A stretch of DNA of 63,230 bases, the filler included, from Chlamydiia bacterium (GTDB lineage: Bacteria; Chlamydiota; Chlamydiia; Chlamydiales; FEN-1388), in the NCBI GenBank assembly GCA_903848235.1. It is 10 parts of 10 records of this genome, joined end to end, with 100 filler letters (N's around TTAATTAATTAA, not from the genome) between each part and the next. Parts side by side here need not be neighbours in the genome. Positions count along the whole stretch, not along the records: positions 35,231 to 49,218 come from CAINFV010000259.1; positions 49,319 to 53,595 come from CAINFV010000260.1; 8 more parts are not named here. One strand, 5' to 3'. Below the pieces are notes generated by a model. It did not search any database and was not told the origin of the DNA. It saw only the letters and a program-made list of their open reading frames with translations. Positions 39,302 to 49,399 of this stretch are shown here, one piece after another. Positions within the stretch are counted from its first letter, which is position 1. Each line of letters starts with the position of its first letter. The translations under genes and the position numbers were made by a program.

Positions 39302-39954
39302 GACAGAGGAAGCTGCGGCACTACATCCTAGCATGGATGCTCAAGAAATTGTTATGGGCCTATCTGAAGACACTTCGCGTACAGATTCTTGGAAAAGAAC
39401 GCACGGAACAGAAGCTTGCCTCTTTATCCACAGGGTGTGTCTTTCTGTGCTGGCATGACTCCATCCTCTTATCACCGCTGTGCGAATGGGCAGCAGCCTT
39501 TCGCCCTATAGCCCTTCTGATCAGCAACAGCCGTGATGGTGATATCGCATCAGAAATTGCCCTGCAGCACCATCATATCAATGTCATCCGTGTCAAACAT
39601 AACGCCCGGGCAGAAGCGCTGGCAGAAAGCTGCAAGCTATTAGAAGAGGGGCAATCTCTTTTCATCACTCCTGACGGCCCTCGAGGCCCACGTCATCAGA
39701 TAAAGGCGGGAGCTCTGTTTGCCTGCCAGAAATCCGGTGCTCCGATTATCCCTATCGTCTACGCCGCCTCTTCCCAGAAGACATTGTCATCATGGGATAG
39801 GTTTAAGATTCCTCTTCCTTTCTCCCGTGTTCTCTTATCGTTTCTCGAGCCTATCTACTGCCCTCGCGAAGGAGCGCTCGACAGTGTGAAAACAGAGATT
39901 GAGCGAAGGATGGAAGAAGAAGAGGAACGCCTCGAAGGAACACTGCCTAGATAG
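39298..39954 (+). CDS. DUF374 / lysophospholipid acyltransferase family protein
   Basis: WH, ISNSRDGD, ITPDGPRGP, SWDRFKIPLPFS. Confidence 0.88.
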   Translation: MRQRKLRHYILAWMLKKLLWAYLKTLRVQILGKERTEQKLASLSTGCVFLCWHDSILLSPLCEWAAAFRPIALLISNSRDGDIASEIALQHHHINVIRVKHNARAEALAESCKLLEEGQSLFITPDGPRGPRHQIKAGALFACQKSGAPIIPIVYAASSQKTLSSWDRFKIPLPFSRVLLSFLEPIYCPREGALDSVKTEIERRMEEEEERLEGTLPR

Positions 39955-39961
39955 GGATAAA
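39833..39961 (+). repeat. 129-bp direct repeat, left boundary of rloAB islet
   Basis: Identical to 42108-42236 except for two substitutions. Confidence 0.95.
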
Positions 39962-40002
39962 ATTATCCGTGGATTGGGTTAACACTTTCAATACCCATCT
40001 CT

Positions 40003-40602
40003 TTATCCATGATTTATAATCTTCTCTACCAATTTATATACGCTCGTGCTCCATATTTGCGGCAAATCATAGGACCGACTGGTATCCCGTTGCTTCGCTC
40101 TCGCAACGGCTTTGGCGATGAGCTCCAACGTGATTTTTTTGCTGTCGATGTCTTTTTTATAATTGAGCAAGTGCCTCTTTAGGCGAGTCAGGCATTCTTG
40201 AGAGTTTGCAATCCCTTTTCCATCTTCAAAATGGAGCAAAAGCCAATATTCAAAGTTGGGATTGCTAAGAGCAAAACCGTGGTTTTCGCTTTTCTTTGCC
40301 CACTGTAAGAGCTCTCTAAGCTGATCCTCTGTCCAATCATCTTTGTCTACAACGATCCACGCCTCATCCGTCTTTCTTAAAGACTCCTTCCGCAAATAAC
40401 TCTGCATTTTCTTGAGCACCTGAATCGGAGAGCTTTTCGTTGATGGTCTCTTGAGGCATTTTACTAAGACGATCGATTGCGGCTGGTTAAAAAGGGAAAA
40501 ATATTGCGGCTCAGTTCTGGCCCCCTCCACTTAGACCACAAATAACTTTTTGTATCGACGCTCTCCTAGAGGTCTTTGAAAAGTGCGCGGCTTTTTCGGC
40601 AT
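40003..40602 (-). pseudogene. rloB: RloB-like protein with an in-frame nonsense codon
   Basis: [37 protein letters not shown] at 40531-40533; WIVVDKD and SNPNFEYWLLLHF. Confidence 0.8.
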
Positions 40603-41924
40603 TAGTCGCTCCCTTCAACGGGAGATTGTAGAAGAATGCGAGGAATACCTCCTAGACGTCCTTGTAGATAGCTTTTTCGAATGTCTTTGTCATATCGCAC
40701 GTCTTTGTACTCGCTGAAAGACAACAAACTAGAAACCCCCTCCGCATTTCGTTCTGCAATCCACATCTCATCTCGTCTAAGCAGCTCCTGATCCATCAAT
40801 AACACATTGTGAGTGGTAAACAGTAACTGGGATCTACTATTATGAGAACATTTTGCCAGATAGCCTTCTAGAAGACGCCTGATCAGCAGTGTATGTAAAC
40901 TCCTATCCACTTCATCGATTACATAGACTTTTTTGGATTGAGCCACAGATAGCTCTAAAAAAGCAGGAAGAAGGTCAATGACACGCTGAGAGCCATCCGA
41001 TTCTTGTCTCATATCGAACTTCGTTGCTGAACCATCAGAATTTAAATGATAGGTGACCAGCTTTTTTGAGATTAGCTCCCCATTCTTTCGAGTGACGACA
41101 AAACGTTCATTTCCAGGTTCGGACAATAATCTGATAGTCGCATCCTCTGCTAACTCTTCCCTTAACTTCATCTTTATCGGTTCGGGCAAGGGTAGATTTT
41201 CAAAGGGGATCTCTTCTCCGCCAAGGTAAGATATTCCAGTGTCTAATTGGGACAACATCTTATTCATCGTCGCATATAAAGGATGTCCTTCATCTAAAAA
41301 TTGCTCAAAAAGTTCAAATCTTGAATCAGGTGCAATCAGCTCTAAAGTATTTTTAAACCAGTCGTACACTGGCTTGAAGACATCTATTTTTTGAGAAACT
41401 GAATTAGTGAGGAAGAGCTGATTATCGCGAGTACCTTTGAAAGCGAACTGGAGCGATTGATCACCCTTTAAAGAGGAATCGAAATTAGGTTTCCCTGATA
41501 ATCGATGGTAGAGTGTTTTTTCACTCTTACCAGAAATACGAACTAATTTTTCCTCTATTATGGTTTTGCGGTTAACAGAGAAACTAAATGCATAAACTGT
41601 CTCGTCGATTAGCAATTCAAACTCAAAATGCGCCGGTTGTTCGACCTTTTGTTCGTTTTCTAGCCTAAAGCTATCTACAGCAATTAGGCTATAGGGTTGG
41701 GTTCCCTTAACGATCAGTCCTTTTGCAAAAAACAAAGCCTTAAAAAGATTGGTTTTCCCAGATGCGTTTCCGCCATATACAGCTGCAACAGGCAGAACTC
41801 CCAGTTTGAGCCTACCTATTTTAGGGATGCGCTCTCCATGTTGACGCTCACGGCTTGCTATCAAAGAGAAAGTGGTTTTGACCTGGAAGGACATCCAATT
41901 TTCAATTGAAAATCGAATCAGCAT
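40602..41924 (-). CDS. rloA: RloA-like ABC/AAA_21 ATPase
   Basis: [41 protein letters not shown] coupling to rloB. Confidence 0.88.
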   Translation of the reverse strand: MLIRFSIENWMSFQVKTTFSLIASRERQHGERIPKIGRLKLGVLPVAAVYGGNASGKTNLFKALFFAKGLIVKGTQPYSLIAVDSFRLENEQKVEQPAHFEFELLIDETVYAFSFSVNRKTIIEEKLVRISGKSEKTLYHRLSGKPNFDSSLKGDQSLQFAFKGTRDNQLFLTNSVSQKIDVFKPVYDWFKNTLELIAPDSRFELFEQFLDEGHPLYATMNKMLSQLDTGISYLGGEEIPFENLPLPEPIKMKLREELAEDATIRLLSEPGNERFVVTRKNGELISKKLVTYHLNSDGSATKFDMRQESDGSQRVIDLLPAFLELSVAQSKKVYVIDEVDRSLHTLLIRRLLEGYLAKCSHNSRSQLLFTTHNVLLMDQELLRRDEMWIAERNAEGVSSLLSFSEYKDVRYDKDIRKSYLQGRLGGIPRILLQSPVEGSD

Positions 41925-42107
41925 GAGAAGCTCCTTTTGAGATAATTTCTCTCAACATGCCTTATTCTAGCTGATTTCTAGCAAAACAGCAATAGTTAAA
42001 GAGAAAAGATCTCATAAAAAGGGGTTCGCGAGGGAGACAAGGTGAGACAACGCACCGTCGCGCATCTCGGGAAATTCGATCTACGCTTTCTCCAGATGCA
42101 GAAAAAA

Positions 42108-42236
42108 TCTTATCGTTTCTCGAGCCTATCTACTGTCCTCGCGAAGGAGCGCTCGACAGTGTGAAAACAGAGATTGAGCGAAGGATGGAAGAAGAAGAGG
42201 AACGCCTCGAAGGAACACTGCTTAGATAGGGATAAA
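42108..42236 (+). repeat. 129-bp direct repeat, right boundary of rloAB islet
   Basis: Copy of the DUF374 gene 3' end; contains the plsX stop. Confidence 0.95.
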
Positions 42237-43163
42237 TGCCTGGCTTAAGACAAAGGCCTTTTCTACATTGTACGCCACCTTTTCAGTTACCGCCGTCATC
42301 GCTTGCGAAATCGCCGTAATAAGGGCCGCCTTCGAGCTCGAGCCATGACATTTGATGACAACACCCTTGACACCCGCCAGCAGAGCACCGCTTGGCTTGT
42401 AGGAGATAGAAGAAGAGCGGGTCAGCTGCACCATCGCTTCTGCCGTCTTAAGGAAGATATTGCCGGCAAAACCAGAGGTGACAAGAACATCAACATGGCC
42501 AGCAAAGACATCAGCAGGCTCTACATTCCCGACATACTCCCAGTCCACGGAAGCAGCAAGCGACAGATAGCGATCTGCCTGCCGCAGCTCGCTCGTCCCT
42601 CTTCCTGCTTCACGCCCAATATTTAAAAGCCCCACCCTTGGCCGTGCGTTGCCATAGCATGTCGTTACATAGGCGCTTCCCAAATTAGCATAGGAGAAAA
42701 GATCGCGCCCAGTGGCACTCACAAAAGCTCCCATATCAAGAGCGATCACCTTGCCATATGGAAGCGGCAGCTCAGCAATCAGCGCAGGATGGTGGAGACC
42801 AGAAAACCGTTTGAGATAGACAACAGCCGCTGCTGTCACAGCGCCGGTGTTGGCACAGGTGACAAGAGCAGAGATAACCCCCGCCTTCAGATCCATCATC
42901 GCCCGTACGAGAGAAGAGTCCTTCTTCTTACGAATGGCGGTGAGTGCTTCATCTTTCATTGAGATGACATCTGGACAGAAGAGGCATTCTATAGCTTGGG
43001 ATGCTATCTGCATGGGAGAGGATAGATAGCAGCGAAGAGCAATAGAAGCCTCCCCTCCTGCTGCCTCTTGACAGGCATCAAACAAAGAGAGCTGATCTAC
43101 ATCTGCCCCTGCCAGGTCAACGCCTATCACCAGTTTCTTTGAGCCCACAGATGGGTGTTCCAT
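42222..43163 (-). CDS. plsX: phosphate acyltransferase PlsX
   Basis: GVDLAGAD, NTGA, VGLLNIG.E, GNVE, GFAGNIFLK, IKCHG; next to rpmF. Confidence 0.92.
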   Translation of the reverse strand: MEHPSVGSKKLVIGVDLAGADVDQLSLFDACQEAAGGEASIALRCYLSSPMQIASQAIECLFCPDVISMKDEALTAIRKKKDSSLVRAMMDLKAGVISALVTCANTGAVTAAAVVYLKRFSGLHHPALIAELPLPYGKVIALDMGAFVSATGRDLFSYANLGSAYVTTCYGNARPRVGLLNIGREAGRGTSELRQADRYLSLAASVDWEYVGNVEPADVFAGHVDVLVTSGFAGNIFLKTAEAMVQLTRSSSISYKPSGALLAGVKGVVIKCHGSSSKAALITAISQAMTAVTEKVAYNVEKAFVLSQAFIPI

Positions 43164-43208
43164 CACAAGCAAAAACCTTCGGGTTTATACAAAATATGAA
43201 ACAGCGCC

Positions 43209-43388
43209 TTAGGTAGCCACTGGCGTTATCTGTCTTCCTGCGTATTTTCCACAGGCAGGGCATGCCGTATGGGGCATTTTGAGTTTTCCACACTCAGAGC
43301 ATGCGCTCAAACACTTTGGCTTTTTCGCATGATGTGAACGCTTGGAGTTTTTTCGTGCGTTTGAATGACGATTACGTGGTACTGCCAT
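43209..43388 (-). CDS. rpmF: 50S ribosomal protein L32, not in ORF track
   Basis: MAVPRNRHSNARKNSKRSHHAKKP...CSEC...HTACPACGKY; yceD-rpmF-plsX order. Confidence 0.95.
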   Translation of the reverse strand: MAVPRNRHSNARKNSKRSHHAKKPKCLSACSECGKLKMPHTACPACGKYAGRQITPVAT

Positions 43389-43412
43389 GACATTTCCTTC
43401 TAAATTTTTCTC

Positions 43413-43889
43413 TTATAACAAAGAGAGGAACGGTTGATTTCGGTCTTCGCCATCTTCTGCTGGCACATCTGTCGTAAGATACTGGCTGATCTCATTAGCG
43501 TTATGACACGTCTGCCCACCACACTTCTTGAAAAACGGCACTTCTATGAGGATAGCTTCTCGTAACGCTTCGCTGATGTCAACCATCCCATCTTTCACAG
43601 AACTTGCAGGAATACTCTGCTTCCACGGCATCAGGTCAATCGTAAACTCGCACATCTCATTACAGACTGCGCAAGGAAGACGCATTGACACCGTCACCCG
43701 CCCTTCGATCATAACCCACTCTGACGCACGGTATGCCCTACCAGACATGACAATATCGGAGGCCGCTGACAGCTCATCGTCGGGACGCAGATCAAGGAAC
43801 GTTGGCGAGAGACGCTCTTCAAACAAGACATCATCGCTTTGGGAAGACCCGTCAATCCGCAGGCGCAATCCAGAGGTCAAGGCATTCAT
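43413..43889 (-). CDS. yceD: YceD/DUF177 family protein
   Basis: PCAVC, VDISEALREAILIEVP, PF tail; upstream of rpmF. Confidence 0.85.
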   Translation of the reverse strand: MNALTSGLRLRIDGSSQSDDVLFEERLSPTFLDLRPDDELSAASDIVMSGRAYRASEWVMIEGRVTVSMRLPCAVCNEMCEFTIDLMPWKQSIPASSVKDGMVDISEALREAILIEVPFFKKCGGQTCHNANEISQYLTTDVPAEDGEDRNQPFLSLL

Positions 43890-44049
43890 CAAACACACAT
43901 AAAGTTCAAGGCACGGAGCCTAAGTTACGATCATATAGCCTGCTATTGTAGCAAGGCTCTCTATTTTCGGACCAGCAAGGGTTAGTAGCCGCGGTGTAAA
44001 AAAACAATATGTCAGCTAAGATCTTCCGCCTGGCTTGCCGTTAAAACGC

Positions 44050-45480
44050 CTAGCTTTTTGCACCCATGATCCTATCCACCTCTTCGACAACCTGCGCAGC
44101 GGTAGGCCGCGATGCTGGCTCGACACTCAGCAATCGGGCGATCAATTGATCGACCAAAGAGGCTGGATCGAGCTTCTGAACAATCCGATCGCGCAGGATA
44201 GTCCAATGAGCCCTGATGGCAGAAAACATATCGGGGACACGAAAATGACTTTCTTCAAATACTCGGGCCGCAGAGTCTAAATAGAGGTTTGCCTCAGTCC
44301 CATGCATCAGCTCGAGCAGTATCAACCCGACATTCCACATATCCATGGATGGACTGACAAATTTGTTTTGGCTCAGTTGTTCTGGCGCCATGTATAGCCT
44401 TGTGGAAACCGGAATCCTTAATTGTGTACCCATAGGACAGGCACGCCCAAAATCGCAGACACAAGCAGTCAGCCCGTGTTCGCCGGTCTGAAGCAATACG
44501 TTCCCAGGCTTCAGATCTATATGACAAAATTTGCTTTCGTGAAGACATTTCATCCCCGAGGCCACATCCCTGATGATCTGCAGTCGCTCATGACGATTTG
44601 CTTCCTCAAACGGTTTTTTCACGTATGCGTCAAGGTCTCCTCTATCGCACCACGGCATCCAGCCCCCTTTGAGTATCCCAGGATGACATCGTTTCATGAC
44701 CCCCTGCATCACGATAAGAGACGCGTCAGGACGAAACAATTTTCCTATGGCAACTTCTCGGAGCAACTCCTTACGATGCAATTCCTGATGAGGGTCGCTG
44801 ATCGGCTTAGCATACGCAAACACCTTTCCTCTGTGAGGTCCAGAAAGAAAAATCTGTTGGTCGATATGTTTAACTCCACCATTTGCGACAAAGCGACGGA
44901 CATAGATTTCATATTCTTTTGAACCAACCATTGAATCGCATCGTATGCAACAGGTTCCCAGAACAGGGTCTTTGATAGTAACTTTTCTTCCAGCGGAGCC
45001 TAGGGCAACCAACTGGATGAGACGGGGAAGTTGCTGCCTCACGAAGAGCTCCATCGCCGGTGCCATATGTGGTGAAACAGAAGCCTTCAGGAAGTCAAAA
45101 GGAATGTGATCGATGATCTGCCGAACACTTTCTATCCCTGCCTCTACAGAAACTCGGGGCTCTTTTTTCAAAAACAACCCCGTTAAATTCTTTTTGTAAT
45201 GTGCGGCCTGGGCCACAGCAACACCAGATCTCCTTCTGCGCATGGGAGGAAGAACAGCGCTGGGAATGCTAGGAGGAGTGCGTAAAGACTCAAGAGCCTT
45301 TTCAGATAAAACGACAAGTGATGCTAGAGGGCCAGATACAGGAAATTCCGCTGGAGGATCGAAATTGGCGAGCTCTTTTTCTAAAGTTTTGATTGGCGCT
45401 TGAGCTACCGGCATATGAAGCGGAGAAAATTGTCCGGCAGCCAAAAACGGAGGTAAGGTATTTTTTACAGGAATAGACAT
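44050..45480 (-). CDS. Hanks-type Ser/Thr protein kinase with Pro-rich N-terminus (candidate effector)
   Basis: NGGVK, FAYAK, HIDLKPGN, DFG, YMAPE, DMWNVG. Confidence 0.9.
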   Translation of the reverse strand: MSIPVKNTLPPFLAAGQFSPLHMPVAQAPIKTLEKELANFDPPAEFPVSGPLASLVVLSEKALESLRTPPSIPSAVLPPMRRRRSGVAVAQAAHYKKNLTGLFLKKEPRVSVEAGIESVRQIIDHIPFDFLKASVSPHMAPAMELFVRQQLPRLIQLVALGSAGRKVTIKDPVLGTCCIRCDSMVGSKEYEIYVRRFVANGGVKHIDQQIFLSGPHRGKVFAYAKPISDPHQELHRKELLREVAIGKLFRPDASLIVMQGVMKRCHPGILKGGWMPWCDRGDLDAYVKKPFEEANRHERLQIIRDVASGMKCLHESKFCHIDLKPGNVLLQTGEHGLTACVCDFGRACPMGTQLRIPVSTRLYMAPEQLSQNKFVSPSMDMWNVGLILLELMHGTEANLYLDSAARVFEESHFRVPDMFSAIRAHWTILRDRIVQKLDPASLVDQLIARLLSVEPASRPTAAQVVEEVDRIMGAKS

Positions 45481-45668
45481 AAAGCCCTATTTTAGAAATA
45501 AATAGAAAGAAAATCGATATTAAACAAGTCAGTTATAATCAATCCAGAGATTTATAGAGCTTGAGATAGGGCGGCCCAAATGTCACGGCATGAAAACGCG
45601 GTGGTTGAAAAATCCCCACCTGCGGTACTCTGTTTGTCTACGCCCTCTCTTTGATTGAGAGTACAAAT

Positions 45669-45751
45669 GCCGGTGTGGCGGAATGGTAGACGCGGTAGAC
45701 TCAAAATCTACTCTGGGTAACCAGGTGCTGGTTCGAGTCCGGTCATCGGCA
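45669..45751 (+). tRNA. tRNA-Leu(CAA), no encoded CCA
   Basis: GCCGGTG/CATCGGC-A; anticodon arm GTAGA-CTCAAAA-TCTAC; GGTTCGAGTCC. Confidence 0.96.
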
Positions 45752-45779
45752 TTGCTTTTTTTAAAAAAGCTCTCTCTTG

Positions 45780-46010
45780 CGCTCTGCGAACTCAGTGCCC
45801 AAAAAATGCTAAAGTCCAGTTGAACTAGACTTTTGCATTTTTTAGGCCCGATTTCGCATTCGTTCTCTCTCAGACTTCTTCCATTTATCATAGATGGCCT
45901 AACCAGGACGATCTATGATAAATGCAAGAAGTCTGAGGGAGAACGCTCTGCGAACTCAGTGCCCAAAAAATGCTAAAGTCCAGTTGAACTAGACTTTTGC
46001 AAAAGCCTCT
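45780..46010. repeat. composite repeat: two 58-bp family C direct repeats flanking an 85-bp hairpin
   Basis: 45780-45837 equals 45944-46001; inverted arms 45861-45895 and 45911-45945; ends in TTTTGCAAAAGCCTCT. Confidence 0.9.
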
Positions 46011-46106
46011 TTCTGTAAAAAAAATGCGCGATCGTAGACATGCTCTTCCAGGGAAACATGTTGGAGGTGTACGATTTATGTTCATGTGCCAACTGTTGGA
46101 GACTGC

Positions 46107-47639
46107 ATGCAAGAGATTCTACTGAATATCGAATCCAAAGAGACCCGATTTGCCAATTTGAAAAATGGCAAACTCCACGATCTTGTCATCGAGCGTAAAC
46201 GCGAACGGCAAACAACTGGTAATATCTATAAAGGCCGAGTTACCAATATATTACACAATATCCAATCCGCCTTTATCGATATCAACGAGGGGGAAAATGG
46301 ATTTATCCATTTAAGCGACATCCTCGAAAATACACGCAAGCTCGAAGAAGCGTTTGACATGGATTTTGGATCCGAGTCGACACAGGACGAAGAGTCCCAA
46401 AACGTCAAGATCGACCAGCTCCTCAAACCAGATCAGTTTGTCATTGTCCAGGTGGTTAAGGAGCCTATAGGCACAAAGGGCGCCCGCCTGACGTCGAAGA
46501 TCTCCCTGCCAGGCCGCTATCTGGTCCTCCTGCCAAACTCCCCCCATCGAGGTGTCTCACGAAAGATCGAAGATCGATCAGCACGAGAACGGCTGAAGAG
46601 AACATTACGAGCTTTTGAAATCCCTGTTGAGATGGGTATCATCTGCAGGACAGCAAGCCAGCATGCAAGCCAAGAGATGCTGCTCTTAGAAGCCAATGAG
46701 CTTCTGGCTACGTGGCAAGGGATTGTTGAGAAATACAAATCGTCCTCCAGCACCGGTCTTCTGTACGAAGAATCTGACATTATAAAACGCGCTGTCATCA
46801 CAGCAGTTGACAAACGTGCAGAGCGTCTTCTCGTTGATGATTACACAACCTACCAACTCTGTAGGCGGCTCTTCTCTCCTTATAGCGAAGAACACCCTCT
46901 TCGCATTGAGTTTTATCGAGATAAGTTTCCAATGTTTGAGCGATTTGGCGTCGAAAAAGAGATTGAACGAAGCCTGAAGCGCAAGATCTGGCTCCACAGC
47001 GGGGGATACCTCTACTTCGATCAGACAGAAGCTATGCACACCATCGACGTCAACTCCGGCCGCAGCACAAATGTAGAGACAGGAGACGTCGAGGAAACAC
47101 TCGTACGAATTAACCTCGAGGCGACAGAAGAGATCTCCCGTCAGCTTAAAATTCGTAATGTTGGCGGCCTTATCATCTGTGACTTCATTGACATGAGATC
47201 GCGCAAAAACCAGCGCCGCGTTCTTGATCACTTCAAAGAATGCATGAAAGAAGATACTGCAAAATGCACGATCCTAGGGATGAGTGAGTTTGGCCTCGTA
47301 GAGATGACACGTCAGAGAAGCCGAGGATCCCTCCTCCAGACCCTCTACACAGCATGCCCCTACTGCTCTGGAACAGGCACTATCAAGACCAACGATAGTG
47401 TTGCTATCGAACTCGAACGCGATTTAAAACGTGTCATCCAGTGCCAGCAGCAATATGCCGTAAAGATCGTCGTTCACCCAGAAATGCAACGCCACCTCCA
47501 ACGGATGGACAGAGATTTCCTAAACCAGTTGGCAGAGTCGCTGAATGCCAAAGTGTCGTGGGAGACAGACGACTCCCTCCACCTCAACGACTACAAATTT
47601 GTCTCCTTGATTACGAACCAACTCATTGAAATGTCTTGA
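46107..47639 (+). CDS. rng: ribonuclease G/E
   Basis: GNIYKGRV, AFIDI, VQVVKEP.GTKGARLT, IDVNSG, DFIDM, GLVEMTRQR, CPYC. Confidence 0.95.
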   Translation: MQEILLNIESKETRFANLKNGKLHDLVIERKRERQTTGNIYKGRVTNILHNIQSAFIDINEGENGFIHLSDILENTRKLEEAFDMDFGSESTQDEESQNVKIDQLLKPDQFVIVQVVKEPIGTKGARLTSKISLPGRYLVLLPNSPHRGVSRKIEDRSARERLKRTLRAFEIPVEMGIICRTASQHASQEMLLLEANELLATWQGIVEKYKSSSSTGLLYEESDIIKRAVITAVDKRAERLLVDDYTTYQLCRRLFSPYSEEHPLRIEFYRDKFPMFERFGVEKEIERSLKRKIWLHSGGYLYFDQTEAMHTIDVNSGRSTNVETGDVEETLVRINLEATEEISRQLKIRNVGGLIICDFIDMRSRKNQRRVLDHFKECMKEDTAKCTILGMSEFGLVEMTRQRSRGSLLQTLYTACPYCSGTGTIKTNDSVAIELERDLKRVIQCQQQYAVKIVVHPEMQRHLQRMDRDFLNQLAESLNAKVSWETDDSLHLNDYKFVSLITNQLIEMS

Positions 47640-47649
47640 GGATACCCTT

Positions 47650-48639
47650 ATGGACATACACCGCCTACACACGGCTCTTCAGGAAGCAAAGCTCGATGAC
47701 ACGATGAATCGAATGGTCATAGAGTTTTTCGACAGCTACCAGCAGGCGCTCTCCTCTGCAGGCCTCACAGCAACCGATGCTACACCACTCTTTGAAGAGT
47801 ATATCAGGTTCATCACAGACGAAGTGATTCACTCGACCACCTTCAACCACTTCCACGCAGCAGAACGATTTCCATTTGATTTTTACGAATTTGGTCGTTC
47901 TATCGTCCGTCCTCTTATCGATACAAAGCGCTCGTTGATCACCGGCCAGAACCACCTCCACTCCATTATCGAAGAAATAGACAGAGGCGACAATGTCATC
48001 CTCCTGGCGAACCATCAGACAGAAATCGACCCACAGATCCTCAGCCTCCTCATCACCCCCATCTCAGACCGCCTGGCGACATCGATGATCTTCATCGCCG
48101 GCCATCGCGTCACTACCGACCCCCTTGCCATTCCATTCTCTCGAGGTGTGAACCTCCTCTCCATCTATTCCAAAAAGTACATCGACTTCCCGCCAGAGAA
48201 GAAATCCGAAAAGCTCGTTCATAATGCCAAGACGCTCTCCAAACTCGAAGATCTTCTCAACGAAGGCGGAAAGTGCATCTATGTTGCCCCCAGCGGAGGC
48301 CGCGATCGCTTTGATGAGTCTTCGAATGTCAATATTGCTCCCTTTGACCCCCAAAGTGTCGAGATGTTTTCGCTGCTCTCCCAGAAGGCCACGCAGCCAA
48401 CCCACCTGCACCTCCTCGCCCTCTCTACCATCAACCTCCTGCCCCCGCCAGCAACCACACAAATCGAACTTGGGGAATCACGAAAAGTAGCCTTCGCCCC
48501 TGCACGCCTTGCCTTTGGCCCCGCTCTGAATATGGAAGAGATCGGCCAAAATCCAGACAGAAAGCAGCGCCGTATCGAACGAGCGGAAATCCTCACCTCA
48601 AATATTGTGCAGATGCACAACGACCTTGTACAAGCGTAG
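47650..48639 (+). CDS. plsB: plastid-type glycerol-3-phosphate 1-O-acyltransferase
   Basis: ANHQTEIDP, AGHRVTTDPLAIPFS.G, SKKY, VAPSGGRDR. Confidence 0.9.
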   Translation: MDIHRLHTALQEAKLDDTMNRMVIEFFDSYQQALSSAGLTATDATPLFEEYIRFITDEVIHSTTFNHFHAAERFPFDFYEFGRSIVRPLIDTKRSLITGQNHLHSIIEEIDRGDNVILLANHQTEIDPQILSLLITPISDRLATSMIFIAGHRVTTDPLAIPFSRGVNLLSIYSKKYIDFPPEKKSEKLVHNAKTLSKLEDLLNEGGKCIYVAPSGGRDRFDESSNVNIAPFDPQSVEMFSLLSQKATQPTHLHLLALSTINLLPPPATTQIELGESRKVAFAPARLAFGPALNMEEIGQNPDRKQRRIERAEILTSNIVQMHNDLVQA

Positions 48640-48783
48640 CCATCCCGGCGGGATAACATCAAAATATGTTGAAAAACTAGCGTGATGGAGCTGTGGAGTC
48701 GAAAAGAGGCGCCGTATATCCAGCCACTGAATATACGGTGTTATGAGGCTGCTTCAAGAAGACCGGAGAACTGCCTATGCGGT

Positions 48784-49218
48784 CTATGATTCCAGAGGTT
48801 TTCCGATCTCTTCTGTGCTCTGAAACAGATCCTCTCTACCAAAACGCACGCGATCTGGAGTAAAGACGACAGATAAGGACTCATCGGCTCCTTCGACGAC
48901 ATTAAATCGAACTCCGACCAGGTGGCATTCGTCTGCTCGATCGAGTATGTCTTGTTCCTCCTCTGGACATGAGGAGGGCTCGCCTTCACACAAAACCATG
49001 CCTCCAACGACATATGTCTTTAATGTGGCGGGGTCACAGCCTTTTCGTAGTAAGTCCCTCGAGAGGATGTGGTACACTTTGCATAGTGGTTGAAGTGATG
49101 CATGTGCCATTGCGAGGAGTGTCTGCCCGCTGGTTATCTTACGTCCCTGGCAGCAGACTGCAAAGCAGGAATGAACACCACTTGTACAAAGTATGCCCTT
49201 TGTTGTTATGGCATAACT
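48784..49218 (-). CDS. partial protein with CheD/CNF1-like Cys-His motifs; 5' end missing
   Basis: Frame open to the contig edge: ILCTSGVHSCFAVC...LLAMAH...YVVGG. Confidence 0.6.
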   Translation of the reverse strand, partial: SYAITTKGILCTSGVHSCFAVCCQGRKITSGQTLLAMAHASLQPLCKVYHILSRDLLRKGCDPATLKTYVVGGMVLCEGEPSSCPEEEQDILDRADECHLVGVRFNVVEGADESLSVVFTPDRVRFGREDLFQSTEEIGKPLES

Positions 49219-49399
49219 NNNNNNNNNNNNNNNNNNNNNNNNNNNNNNNNNNNNNNNNNNNNTTAATTAATTAANNNNNNNNNNNNNNNNNNNNNNNNNN
49301 NNNNNNNNNNNNNNNNNNGGCGCGCCGCTGGCGCTCTGCGCCTCATCCTCGCGGGTGATTCCGAGACGTTAGACATTTAATTTACCAAAGGTTGTGAGC

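Noticed and set aside
45780..46001. 58-bp direct repeat beside a tRNA considered as attL/attR or mini-CRISPR
   Set aside because: It contains no tRNA sequence and matches dispersed family C at 36687
37505..48639. lpxB fusion and plastid-type acyltransferase as novelties
   Set aside because: Both are established features of Chlamydiota; used only as taxonomic evidence
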